A program made the translations under genes and the position numbers. 54,896 bases of DNA from an uncultured Azospirillaceae bacterium. GTDB lineage: Bacteria; Pseudomonadota; Alphaproteobacteria; Rickettsiales; UBA3002. The notes below the pieces were generated by a model. The model was not told the origin of the DNA and did no database searches. It saw only the letters and a list, made by a program, of their open reading frames with translations. The stretch is from positions 1 through 54,896 of the forward strand of contig CAYFFN010000001.1 of the NCBI GenBank assembly GCA_964342335.1, in the 5' to 3' direction. This document shows, one piece after another, positions 38,939 to 47,696 of the stretch. The first letter of the stretch is position 1; every line of letters starts with the position of its first letter.

Positions 38939-39946
38939 TTAAAGGCCGCTTAAATCACCAAGCAGAAAATAGCCGCCCAAAAGGCACAGTAGCAGCAGAA
39001 AAACCGACAGGCCAAACATGTATAACCCGCGACGCACGGCAGCCGGTTTCACCTTCGCACTACCCGGCCCTACCCAGCGGTCATGCACGATGGTATCCAC
39101 GATAGGACGCGGCCCGCCCACGCTCACAAACAATGCACCTGCATAAACGGCAAGCGGCCAACCATTATTGATGGATTTTACGTTCCCGCGCTCACGCGCC
39201 AAGCACGCAAGTGCGCGATACGGGTTCGCTTGCGGCACAAAAAAGCTGGAGAGAAACAAAAGCAATCCGGTCAAACGTGCCGGAATAAACTGCACCAGCG
39301 TGTGCAAACGCGCAGTCCAGACGCCGAACGCACCATATTGCTTGGAACGGTAGCCCACATGCTCATCCATCAATGCAATCATATGCACGGTAATCATGCC
39401 GAACAGGCCGCCCACGAGATAACCCAGTAGGGGCGCTACCACCATACGGCTAGAGCCAATCGCGAGATATTCAATCGCCTCGCGCAGCAAACCATGCTCG
39501 TCCTGCGGCATGCCACTGCGGCGCCAAAAATGGCGCGCTAACTCGCTTGCGCGGCCATGGTTTCCTTTTACCACGGCATGATACACGCCGTAGGTACGCA
39601 CCCAAATATGTGCGACGGGGAGCAGCCATGCGAGCAGCAGAAACTCTAAATAGAAATGGCTCTTGGCGGAGAAACTCTCTGTCGCCATCGCGTAGAGTAC
39701 GCTCAGCCCATAGAGCAAGCCCAGCCAGAAAAACACATAAAGAAATCCCCGCACCGCGCGGGTGGAGGCATTACGATTAGGGCGGTTAAATTTGCGCTCA
39801 ATCACGCCCATCTTGCGTTTGAGCCAATTGAGCAACGCGTCAATGCCCAACAATTGCAGCAGAATCGGCCAGCCGAGAAACGCCATATTCGCTAGCAATG
39901 CCAGCATGGCGGTTATCACCCTATCTTGCAGTAGAACGCTATCCAT
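38939..39946 (-). CDS. CobD/CbiB-family membrane protein
   Basis: 335 aa, multi-TM, with the C-terminal pattern NNGWPLAVYAGALFVSVGGPR resembling the CbiB NAGxPEAAxAGALGVxLGG region. Confidence 0.65.
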   Translation of the reverse strand: MDSVLLQDRVITAMLALLANMAFLGWPILLQLLGIDALLNWLKRKMGVIERKFNRPNRNASTRAVRGFLYVFFWLGLLYGLSVLYAMATESFSAKSHFYLEFLLLAWLLPVAHIWVRTYGVYHAVVKGNHGRASELARHFWRRSGMPQDEHGLLREAIEYLAIGSSRMVVAPLLGYLVGGLFGMITVHMIALMDEHVGYRSKQYGAFGVWTARLHTLVQFIPARLTGLLLFLSSFFVPQANPYRALACLARERGNVKSINNGWPLAVYAGALFVSVGGPRPIVDTIVHDRWVGPGSAKVKPAAVRRGLYMFGLSVFLLLLCLLGGYFLLGDLSGL

Positions 39947-40836
39947 TACTCAATGAAGATTTCCGCGCGGCGGTTTGCCGATTCACGCACCCCATCCGCC
40001 GTGGGCACACGCAAGTCCGATTCGCCAAAAGCAAAATATTGAATCCGCGATTCCGGCACACCTGCTTTGATGAGTTGGTTGCGCACGAACATCGCACGGC
40101 GCTGGGAGAGATCCATATTATATTCATCGCTGCCCGAACGGTCGGCATGGCCGTTGATGATGATTTCTGTATTCGGGTTTTTCTCCAAATCATTCAGCAG
40201 CACCGCAAGCTCCAAACGCGCTTGGCCTGCCTCAATCTTCGCTTCGTCCCACGGGAAGAACAGCAAATACGAATTTGAAGTGATGACCGGTGCGAGCACT
40301 TCTTCTTCGCTATTTTCCTGCGTGGATTCCCAAATGGACTGACGCTGAATTGTGTTTAGCGACTCCATCGTCCCCACCATTTGCTCTTTGCAAAGCTCGA
40401 TATCCGTACTCTGCCAGCTCTCCGAAAGCTGCTCTACCCAGCAATCGTAATAGAAATGCAATTGCGCCAGCTTGCGCGGCTCGCTGCTGTAATATTCCGG
40501 CGTGAAATAGCCATTCACCGTCTCACGCACTTCACGTGCTTCGCCTATATCACGCGGTGAGAGATCCCAATCATCGGGGTTTTCCAGCTCGACATTATTG
40601 CCATACGCAACCATGAGCCCTTTTTGGGCAAAATGCTCGGACGAATCCCAGTCATACTGGTCGGCTTCATTCTCCGAAAAGTCCAGATACAGCCCTGCTA
40701 AGGTCTGATGAAAAGGGGAATCCACCGGCTCAACCTGACGCAATTCGCGTAATGCAAAGTCGGTACAGCCACTCACCACAGCACAAAGCGCCACGAGATA
40801 CAGCCATTTTGTCTTTCGGGAGTAGCTTGCCAGCAT
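39946..40836 (-). CDS. OmpA-domain lipoprotein
   Basis: Lipobox AVVSGC. C-terminal OmpA-like peptidoglycan-binding domain ([34 protein letters not shown]...NRRAEIFI). Confidence 0.8.
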   Translation of the reverse strand: MLASYSRKTKWLYLVALCAVVSGCTDFALRELRQVEPVDSPFHQTLAGLYLDFSENEADQYDWDSSEHFAQKGLMVAYGNNVELENPDDWDLSPRDIGEAREVRETVNGYFTPEYYSSEPRKLAQLHFYYDCWVEQLSESWQSTDIELCKEQMVGTMESLNTIQRQSIWESTQENSEEEVLAPVITSNSYLLFFPWDEAKIEAGQARLELAVLLNDLEKNPNTEIIINGHADRSGSDEYNMDLSQRRAMFVRNQLIKAGVPESRIQYFAFGESDLRVPTADGVRESANRRAEIFIE

Positions 40837-40909
40837 ACTGTTTTACTTTATTTTTTCTGTTTGCTGCACAGGAGAATAGAAGAGATCCGCCTGCTTTGCA
40901 ATCCTTTGC

Positions 40910-40937
40910 TTGCCTCCCTGTGTGCTCCTGCTATAAG
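40910..40937 (+). promoter_or_regulatory. Candidate sigma70-type promoter for ndk (TTGCCT-N16-TATAAG)
   Basis: ttgcct at 40910-40915, a 16-nt spacer, and tataag at 40932-40937, 44 nt upstream of the ndk ATG. AAGGAG SD at 40969-40974. Confidence 0.3.
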
Positions 40938-40980
40938 AGCGCGCAGAAAACAACTACCGAAAACTATAAGGAGTTTAACC

Positions 40981-41403
40981 ATGGCTACGCAACGTACCTT
41001 TTCTATCATCAAGCCTGATGCGACTGAGCGCAATCTGACAGGCAAAATCAACGCCGTATTCGAAGAGAACGGCCTGCGCATCGTGGCGCAAAAGCGCGTT
41101 CGCATGAGCCGCCTGCAAGCTCGCGAATTCTACGCAGTACATAAAGAGCGTCCTTTCTACGAAGAGCTCGTTGAATTCATGGTGTCTGGCCCAGTGGTAC
41201 TTCAAGTACTCGAAGGCGAAGATGCAGTAGCGAAAAACCGCGAACTGATGGGCGCAACTGACCCTGCAAAAGCAGACGAAGGCACTATCCGTAAGATGTT
41301 TGCTGAAGGCATCGAGCGCAACAGCGTACACGGTTCGGACAGCGAAGAGAACGCAGCGATCGAAATCGCTTACTTCTTCGCAGGTTGCGATATCGTAGGC
41401 TAA
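40981..41403 (+). CDS. ndk: Nucleoside diphosphate kinase
   Basis: 140 aa from the ATG at 40981 ([14 protein letters not shown]..., NSVHGSDS). The track's TTG at 40861 adds a non-homologous extension. Confidence 0.95.
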   Translation: MATQRTFSIIKPDATERNLTGKINAVFEENGLRIVAQKRVRMSRLQAREFYAVHKERPFYEELVEFMVSGPVVLQVLEGEDAVAKNRELMGATDPAKADEGTIRKMFAEGIERNSVHGSDSEENAAIEIAYFFAGCDIVG

Positions 41404-41424
41404 TCGCCGCTAAAAGAATAAGAG

Positions 41425-41457
41425 ACCCGCTACGCCTCAGGCTAGCGGGTTTTTTAT
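41425..41457. terminator. Bidirectional intrinsic terminator between ndk and purN
   Basis: ACCCGCTA (41425-41432) / TAGCGGGT (41443-41450), 10-nt loop, then TTTTT. On the opposite strand the hairpin is followed by ctcttattctttt. The T run overlaps the purN stop codon. Confidence 0.75.
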
Positions 41458-42035
41458 TGCCCAACTATCGCTTGGCGCAAACATTCCGGGTAAAGCCGAT
41501 GCTCTTGCTCCAACACCCGCGCAGCAAGGCTTTCTTCCGTATCACCTTCCAAAATAGGCACGCACGCTTGGCCTAGGATTGGCCCTGCATCCAGCTCCGC
41601 TGTCACCCAATGAACGCTGCATCCTGCCTCCTCATCCCCTGCCTCTAACGCACGGCGATGGGTATGCAACCCTTTATATTTGGGCAAGAGAGAGGGGTGG
41701 ATATTCAGCATCTTGCCTTCCCATTTGCGGGTAAAACCATCGGACAAAATCCGCATGAATCCGGCCAAACAAACCATCTCAATGTCATAGGCCAGCAGAA
41801 TCTCGTGCATGGCGTCATCAAATGCTTCACGATCTGAGAAGTCTTTATGGCTTATGACCTCCGTAGCGATGCCTGCATTTTCAGCGCGCTTCAGACCATA
41901 AGCATCTGATTTATTTCCTAATACAAGGAATATCTCTGCTGGGAAATCATCGGAGGCGGCGGCGTCGATAAGTGCCTGCAAATTGGAACCACTTCCCGAA
42001 ATGAGAACTGCAACGCGCGTTTTGGCGGTTGCCAT
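41454..42035 (-). CDS. purN: Phosphoribosylglycinamide formyltransferase
   Basis: VLISGSGSNLQALID, LAGFMRIL, NIHPSLLPKYKGLHTH. Confidence 0.9.
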   Translation of the reverse strand: MATAKTRVAVLISGSGSNLQALIDAAASDDFPAEIFLVLGNKSDAYGLKRAENAGIATEVISHKDFSDREAFDDAMHEILLAYDIEMVCLAGFMRILSDGFTRKWEGKMLNIHPSLLPKYKGLHTHRRALEAGDEEAGCSVHWVTAELDAGPILGQACVPILEGDTEESLAARVLEQEHRLYPECLRQAIVGQ

Positions 42036-42037
42036 GC

Positions 42038-43105
42038 TTAGCTCCAGCTACCCGTGATATGCACGGCAGGGCTGTTGCCACGGCGCAGCACATTACCAAT
42101 CACAAAGGCGTCTTCGCCGGCTTTCTTCAGCCCTTCAAGCACGGCTTTTTCTTTGCCTTCTTTGACAATCAGCACCATGCCGATCCCGCAATTGAAGGTG
42201 CGCAGCATCTCATCTTGGCTGACATTGCCCGCCCCTTTCAACCATTGGAACAAAGGCGGCAGCGGGAAGGCGCTTAAATCCAACTCCACCCCATAATCAT
42301 CTGGCAATACGCGCGGGATATTCTCTAACAACCCGCCACCGGTGATATGCGCCAGCGCAGGCACATGGCCGGTTTTTATCGCTTCGAGGCACGAGCTTAC
42401 ATAAATCTTGGTAGGCTCCAGCAGCACATCCGCGACGGTTTGTGTGCGGTTGAACGGCGCAGGCTGATCCATCGAGATGCCCTCACGCTTCAAAATCGCT
42501 CGGACCAGTGAATAACCATTGGAATGGACGCCGCTCGAAGCGAGGCCAATCACCACATCACCGGTATTGATTTTGTCAATTTGCGGGTAAAGCTGTTTAC
42601 GCTCAGCGGCGCCCACACAGAAACCCGCCAAATCATATTCACCCTCTGGATACGCCCCTGGCATCTCTGCCGTTTCACCGCCAATCAGTGCGCATTTGGC
42701 TTGTTTACAGCCTTCCGCAATCGAGTTAATGACGGCCACCGCCTCTTCATGCTCCAACTGGCCGCACGCATAATAATCCAGGAAGAACAATGGCTCTGCA
42801 CCTTGCACCACCAAATCATTCACGCACATCGCCACGAGATCAATCCCCACGCCATTATAGCGTTTGGCCTTCTGCGCCAGAATCAGCTTAGTGCCCACGC
42901 CGTCCGTCGCCGCGACGAGCACAGGGTCCTTATAGCCCGCCTCTTTGAGGTCGAACAGGCCGCCGAATCCACCGATGGATCCCATCACCCCTCTACGTTT
43001 GGTTGCACGGACTGCTGGTTTAATCGCCTCAACGAGGGCGTTACCCGCAGAAATATCTACGCCAGAATCGGCATAAGAGAGGGCTTCTTGCTTGTGATTT
43101 GTCAT
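42038..43105 (-). CDS. purM: Phosphoribosylformylglycinamidine cyclo-ligase (AIR synthetase)
   Basis: [37 protein letters not shown]. Confidence 0.95.
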   Translation of the reverse strand: MTNHKQEALSYADSGVDISAGNALVEAIKPAVRATKRRGVMGSIGGFGGLFDLKEAGYKDPVLVAATDGVGTKLILAQKAKRYNGVGIDLVAMCVNDLVVQGAEPLFFLDYYACGQLEHEEAVAVINSIAEGCKQAKCALIGGETAEMPGAYPEGEYDLAGFCVGAAERKQLYPQIDKINTGDVVIGLASSGVHSNGYSLVRAILKREGISMDQPAPFNRTQTVADVLLEPTKIYVSSCLEAIKTGHVPALAHITGGGLLENIPRVLPDDYGVELDLSAFPLPPLFQWLKGAGNVSQDEMLRTFNCGIGMVLIVKEGKEKAVLEGLKKAGEDAFVIGNVLRRGNSPAVHITGSWS

Positions 43106-43150
43106 GGTACGCGTATTGTGTTAATGGCTAATGATGTAAACGAGAGTGCT

Positions 43151-44236
43151 ATGATTTGCAACGCTAAGCGTATTATTCTGCTGATACTGGTAGCATGTAT
43201 TTTGCTACCTGTGCCTTCTCAGGCAGCCACGCACACCATTGAGGTGATTGCGGATCTGATTGGCGACAGCCCCGAGGACGCGCGTAATAAGGCAATTGAT
43301 TACGCCAAGAAGCGCGCCTTTTATCTGCTGCTGCACCGCCTCGACCCGCTGCAGGCAGATAAAATCGTCTATGAGCTGAGCGAAGAACAAATCGAACAGC
43401 AAATCCGTGGCTATGAGATTGTGCAAGAGCGCCTGCTGCCAGACAATCGCTACCAGGCGCAATTCAACGTCACCTTATCCGATGTGCAAATGCAACGCCT
43501 CATCCGCGGCGAAGACATGACACCGATTGATATGAACGCGATGCTTATTCTGCCCGTGCTGGATAAAGGCAACGGCGACGTATTGCTCTGGCAAGATGCT
43601 AATATCTGGCGCAGCCTTTGGAATACCGCTGCGCTAGAACGCGGTGACGGCAAGCTGGTGCTTCCCTTCGGTGATTTGGATGACACGTCTTTTGTCGATA
43701 ACACCAATATCCTCACCCGCGATTTCTCAAGCCTCAAGCCACTCGCCGATAAATATGGCGCGCAAGAAGTTGCGGTTATTCTCGCCAGCTATGAGCTGGA
43801 GCAAGACCCGCTTGGCGTGCTGATTACTATCCGACGCATGGGCCCAGGCACGGACCGTATTCGCGATTTGTATTTCTCTGCCGAAAGCAAACAAGACACG
43901 CCGGAGACCCTGATGGTCAAAGCCGCGCGTGTGGTGGCTGACCAAATGAAGCTCGCGGCCCAGAAATTTGAGAGTGTGCTAGAGCGCGATATCGCCACGG
44001 CCGAGCATGTCGTCGTGCAGGCCCAGTTCCGCCGCATCTCGCAATGGGCTGCCATTCAAGAAATGCTCAAGAATTTGCCTATGAGTGTGAACCTCGAGAT
44101 TGGTGGAATCTCTATCCAATCCGCCACGGCAACGCTCTATTATAAGGGCAATAAAGATACGCTCGTCCGTGCCATGCGCGCCAACGGGCTGGTGGTGGCC
44201 GAGCAGGCAGACCATATCGCCGTGGGGCTAGAATAA
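43151..44236 (+). CDS. Secreted hypothetical protein, DUF2066-like (assignment by synteny, tentative)
   Basis: Signal peptide MICNAKRIILLILVACILLPVPSQA. The divergent-from-purM position, followed by an AI-2E permease and hda, matches a synteny I recall for DUF2066 genes. The part of the track ORF upstream of 43124 is antisense to purM. Confidence 0.45.
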   Translation: MICNAKRIILLILVACILLPVPSQAATHTIEVIADLIGDSPEDARNKAIDYAKKRAFYLLLHRLDPLQADKIVYELSEEQIEQQIRGYEIVQERLLPDNRYQAQFNVTLSDVQMQRLIRGEDMTPIDMNAMLILPVLDKGNGDVLLWQDANIWRSLWNTAALERGDGKLVLPFGDLDDTSFVDNTNILTRDFSSLKPLADKYGAQEVAVILASYELEQDPLGVLITIRRMGPGTDRIRDLYFSAESKQDTPETLMVKAARVVADQMKLAAQKFESVLERDIATAEHVVVQAQFRRISQWAAIQEMLKNLPMSVNLEIGGISIQSATATLYYKGNKDTLVRAMRANGLVVAEQADHIAVGLE

Positions 44237-45339
44237 TGCTGAACCGCACCCTCGTCTTCTGGGCACTCGTGCTGCTCTTTTTCGGCATTACGCTTTATGC
44301 CGTACAGCCCATTCTGTTACCGTTTATCGTAGGCATGCTGATCGCCTATGTGCTCGACCCCGCAGCCGATAAGCTCGAAGCAAAAGGCTTCTCACGCACC
44401 TCGGCTACCTTGCTCATTTGCTCTATATTCTTCACTATCTTTGTGTTGGGCCTCGTATGGCTCATTCCCGCGCTCACCAATCAAGCCATCGACTTGATAC
44501 GCGAACTCCCCAAGATTGTTGACGCCATTCAAAAATGGGCAGGGCCACAATTAGAGGTCCTCAGCAATCAGCTCGATTACTTCCTCGGCGCGACACAAGC
44601 GAAAGAAGAAGGGGTCATGGTGATTCAGCAAGTATCGGCAGAAGAGGGCACCAGTAAATTCAAGAAAAGCGTCGCTGAAGGATTGCTTGGGGCATCCGGC
44701 AAAACCGCGACAGCCGTGTTGCAATCCACTACCGCAGTGCTGAACTTCCTCTCACTTCTGCTCATTACTCCCGTGGTCACCTTCTATCTCTTGCGTGATT
44801 GGGACCGTATGATTGCCCATATCGACGGGTTACTTCCTCGCAAATATGCGGACACTATCCGCGAGCAATGCCAAAAAATTCATGATGTCTTAGCGGCTTT
44901 TGTGCGCGGCACCGTTAATGTCGGGATTATTCTCGCCGCCTTTTACATGATTGCGCTCAGCATTGCAGGGCTGGATTACGCTCTGGTCATTGGTATCGTG
45001 GGCGGCTTTGCCATCATTATTCCTTTCATCGGCACACTTGCCAGCGGCCTCTTCGCGATTGGGATGGCTATTGCGCAATATGATGACTGGCAGTCTATCG
45101 CCATCGTCGCAGGTATCTTCGCTCTTGGCCAAGTGGCAGAAGGTAACTTCCTCACCCCTAAAATGGTGGGCGACAAAGTCGGCTTACATCCCGCATGGAT
45201 GATCTTCGGCATGCTTGCGGGTGCCACCCTGCTTGGGATAGTAGGTATCCTACTCGCCGTGCCCATCACCGCGACGGTAGGGGTGCTCGCCCGCTTCGGC
45301 ACCGAGCGCTATCTGCAAAGCGAATATTACAAAGACTAA
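44236..45339 (+). CDS. AI-2E family transporter (PerM/YhhT-like permease)
   Basis: 367 aa, about 8 TM segments, LLPFIVGMLIAYVLDP near the N terminus, and a C-terminal GNFLTPKMVGDKVGLHP motif. Confidence 0.85.
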   Translation: MLNRTLVFWALVLLFFGITLYAVQPILLPFIVGMLIAYVLDPAADKLEAKGFSRTSATLLICSIFFTIFVLGLVWLIPALTNQAIDLIRELPKIVDAIQKWAGPQLEVLSNQLDYFLGATQAKEEGVMVIQQVSAEEGTSKFKKSVAEGLLGASGKTATAVLQSTTAVLNFLSLLLITPVVTFYLLRDWDRMIAHIDGLLPRKYADTIREQCQKIHDVLAAFVRGTVNVGIILAAFYMIALSIAGLDYALVIGIVGGFAIIIPFIGTLASGLFAIGMAIAQYDDWQSIAIVAGIFALGQVAEGNFLTPKMVGDKVGLHPAWMIFGMLAGATLLGIVGILLAVPITATVGVLARFGTERYLQSEYYKD

Positions 45340-45348
45340 ATAGCCCTT

Positions 45349-46020
45349 ATGAGCCAGCTCCCGCTTGATTGGTCCTTCCCCACCAGTTATGCCACGCACG
45401 ATTTTGTCGTCACGGAAAGCAATCAGCTTGCCACTAATCTGGTGACGAGTTGGCATACGCTCCCTGCATCGGATGGGCTGTTACTCACTGGCCCTGAGGC
45501 CAGCGGCAAAACCCACCTCGCCCATATCTGGGCAGAGCAAAATAACGCTGCTTTCATCTCCCTTGATCAACTGCACGCAACCGATATAGACACGCTCTTC
45601 GCTTCCCATAAACGCCTTGTGCTAGAAGCCATTGAAGATGCCGAGGCCGAACCACTCTTTCACTTGCTACAACATTGCAAGCTGCATCGTGAGTTGGCGG
45701 TGCTGCTCACCAGCCGCATAGAATTAAAAACATTATGGGTGAATCCGGCAGATATCCATTCTCGCCTATGCAGCCTCGCCCATGCCCATTTGAATGCACC
45801 GGATGATGCCTTGCTGCAAGCGCTGTTCGCGAAAAGCTTTAGTGACCGCCAGCTTCGTGTGGATAGCAGTGTCATAAACTACCTTATCCCTCGCATTCCA
45901 CGCGATTGCGCCAGTCTATACCGCATCATTGCTCGCTTAGACGAAGCCGCGCTTGAGAAAAAACAAGCTATCACTTTACCCCTCGCGCGCCGTGTGTTAG
46001 AAGAAGAATCTGAAAAATAA
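45349..46020 (+). CDS. hda: DnaA-related regulatory inactivator (Hda/HdaA)
   Basis: 223 aa. A degenerate Walker A (GPEASGKTHLAHIW) in a DnaA domain III-like protein of Hda size; alphaproteobacterial-style N terminus QLPLDW. Confidence 0.8.
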   Translation: MSQLPLDWSFPTSYATHDFVVTESNQLATNLVTSWHTLPASDGLLLTGPEASGKTHLAHIWAEQNNAAFISLDQLHATDIDTLFASHKRLVLEAIEDAEAEPLFHLLQHCKLHRELAVLLTSRIELKTLWVNPADIHSRLCSLAHAHLNAPDDALLQALFAKSFSDRQLRVDSSVINYLIPRIPRDCASLYRIIARLDEAALEKKQAITLPLARRVLEEESEK

Positions 46021-46055
46021 CAGCAAAAACCCTCGCTTTTCTGGAATCATTATAG

Positions 46056-47087
46056 ATGCAGCCCGCCCAAAAACGCCTCGCCGAAGTTAAAGTCATGATC
46101 ATTGATCCTGACGCGCGCCTCACGGAGGTGATATACCGCGTGCTTAAGGGGTTTGGCTTCCAGAAAGTGATGGCTGTACGTAGTGGAAAACGCGCCATCA
46201 GCCTCATGGAGCGTGAGACCATCGACCTGCTGATCTGTGAATGGGATATGGAGGAAATGTCCGGGCTTGAGGTAATCGAAGCCATACGTAGTAATAAAAC
46301 GCCGTGCCCCCGTGATTTACCTATTATCATGCTCACCGGCCAATCTGAGCAGCATCATGTGCTTTCCGCACGTGATACGGGCGTAACGGAGTATCTCATC
46401 AAACCTTTCACGGCCAAAACCCTTAGCCACCGACTGATTCAAGTTATTGATAATCCAAGACTATTTGTGCAGTCTGGCCGTTTCATTGGCCCTGATCGCC
46501 GCCGCAGAAAAAATAACCCCGAGGATACGGATCCAGAGAATCGCAAGCTTACGAGCGAACAAATGCTTCGTCTATCCGAGCGTATGCCAGACGGACGTAT
46601 GCGCTTCCGTTCCGACAGTTCCACCGTATTCTTCACTGCCCCGAATAAAAAAATTCGTGAATTGATTGGCGAGGAATATCCAAGCAAAGATATTTTTTCT
46701 GCCGAGGCCATTCAGCGCGCGCAACAGGTTTTGTATGAGTCCAAGGACAGCTTTGTAAAATGGATTATCGAAGACCTAGACGCGCTCGAGAAGGCCTACG
46801 CTCAGCTAGAAAAGAATCAGAGAGACATTGGAGCCACCGTACGCATCCAGCAACTTGCTTTCAATGTGATGTCCCAATCAGGTAGCTTCAATTTCCCGCT
46901 CGGTTCGCAGGTCGGTAAATTACTGCATGACTATGTGCGCGATGCGCAAAGCGCCAACTTGCTCGTTATCCGCAAACATATCGATACGCTTTATATCATC
47001 TTCGAAAAACGCATGGAAGGCGAGGACCAGAAGGTTCATAGCGAAGTCATCGCCATGCTCACCTCTCTCATTCGCAAAATTGGCTAA
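46056..47087 (+). CDS. Atypical response-regulator-like protein: receiver-like domain plus an unassigned helical C-terminal half
   Basis: CheY-like layout with MLTG (Thr) and YLIKPF (Lys). The phospho-acceptor position reads E (LLICEWDMEEMSG, E62, codon 46239-46241). Arg-rich linker GPDRRRRKN. The C-terminal ~170 aa has an HPt-like block LAFNVMSQSGSFNF without His. Confidence 0.7.
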   Translation: MQPAQKRLAEVKVMIIDPDARLTEVIYRVLKGFGFQKVMAVRSGKRAISLMERETIDLLICEWDMEEMSGLEVIEAIRSNKTPCPRDLPIIMLTGQSEQHHVLSARDTGVTEYLIKPFTAKTLSHRLIQVIDNPRLFVQSGRFIGPDRRRRKNNPEDTDPENRKLTSEQMLRLSERMPDGRMRFRSDSSTVFFTAPNKKIRELIGEEYPSKDIFSAEAIQRAQQVLYESKDSFVKWIIEDLDALEKAYAQLEKNQRDIGATVRIQQLAFNVMSQSGSFNFPLGSQVGKLLHDYVRDAQSANLLVIRKHIDTLYIIFEKRMEGEDQKVHSEVIAMLTSLIRKIG

Positions 47088-47608
47088 TTTAGCTCCGCGC
47101 TGTGCGGGCACCAATAGGCTTCCCATTTGCCTGTTTGTAGCTGAATGTCTCTCCAAACCGTATTCTCAAATTGCAAAACGAGCAATGCACAAGTCGGGTA
47201 GTCTATCAGCGCATCGCGATGCTCGGCGGGAATAGTGCTGGTATCACTTAACGTCATCGCCAACTGATGCAGGCCCGGATTATGGCCTAAAATCATGACG
47301 TGTTCCTGCGCTTCCGGTAATTCCTGAATGCCGTGAAGCAACTCACCCTGAGAGGCTAAATACAGCCCTTCTTCAAACTGCACGTCATATTGCACCGATT
47401 CGCTCAACCCCAAATACGTCTCACGCGTACGCTTGGAACTGGAGGCATAGACATGCACGTCTTCTGGATAGTGCTTTGAGAGCCATTCTCCTGCTAGTAA
47501 AGCATCTTGCTGACCCCGCTCGGCCAGCGGGCGATCTGCGTCCGTGCCTTCCCCAAACTCATGGGAGGCCTGCGCGTGACGCAATAAAAAGAGACGTTTG
47601 GTAGCCAT
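47084..47608 (-). CDS. sixA: Histidine phosphatase superfamily protein, SixA-like phosphohistidine phosphatase
   Basis: RLFLLRHAQA (RHG-type motif), DRPLAERG, SSSKRTRET, ILGHNPG. ATG at 47608 is preferred over the track start at 47638. Confidence 0.7.
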   Translation of the reverse strand: MATKRLFLLRHAQASHEFGEGTDADRPLAERGQQDALLAGEWLSKHYPEDVHVYASSSKRTRETYLGLSESVQYDVQFEEGLYLASQGELLHGIQELPEAQEHVMILGHNPGLHQLAMTLSDTSTIPAEHRDALIDYPTCALLVLQFENTVWRDIQLQTGKWEAYWCPHSAELN

Positions 47609-47696
47609 ACTGCCCTTTACTTGATGCAAAGCCTGCACTCTGCTATGCTAGGCTTCTTACGCTACACAGCCCCCAACCGAAATACAAGCAAAGCCT

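Noticed and set aside
40861-40980. A 40-codon N-terminal extension of ndk from a TTG start.
   Set aside because: Ndk homology starts exactly at the ATG at 40981, which has an AAGGAG SD. The extension covers a promoter-like TTGCCT-N16-TATAAG.
42524-43123. The 570-aa ORF in the track, which begins 600 nt upstream of the DUF2066-like gene.
   Set aside because: The upstream 200 codons are antisense to purM and have no protein-like features. A signal peptide with an SD begins at the ATG at 43151 (or 43124), in the purM-divergent spacer.
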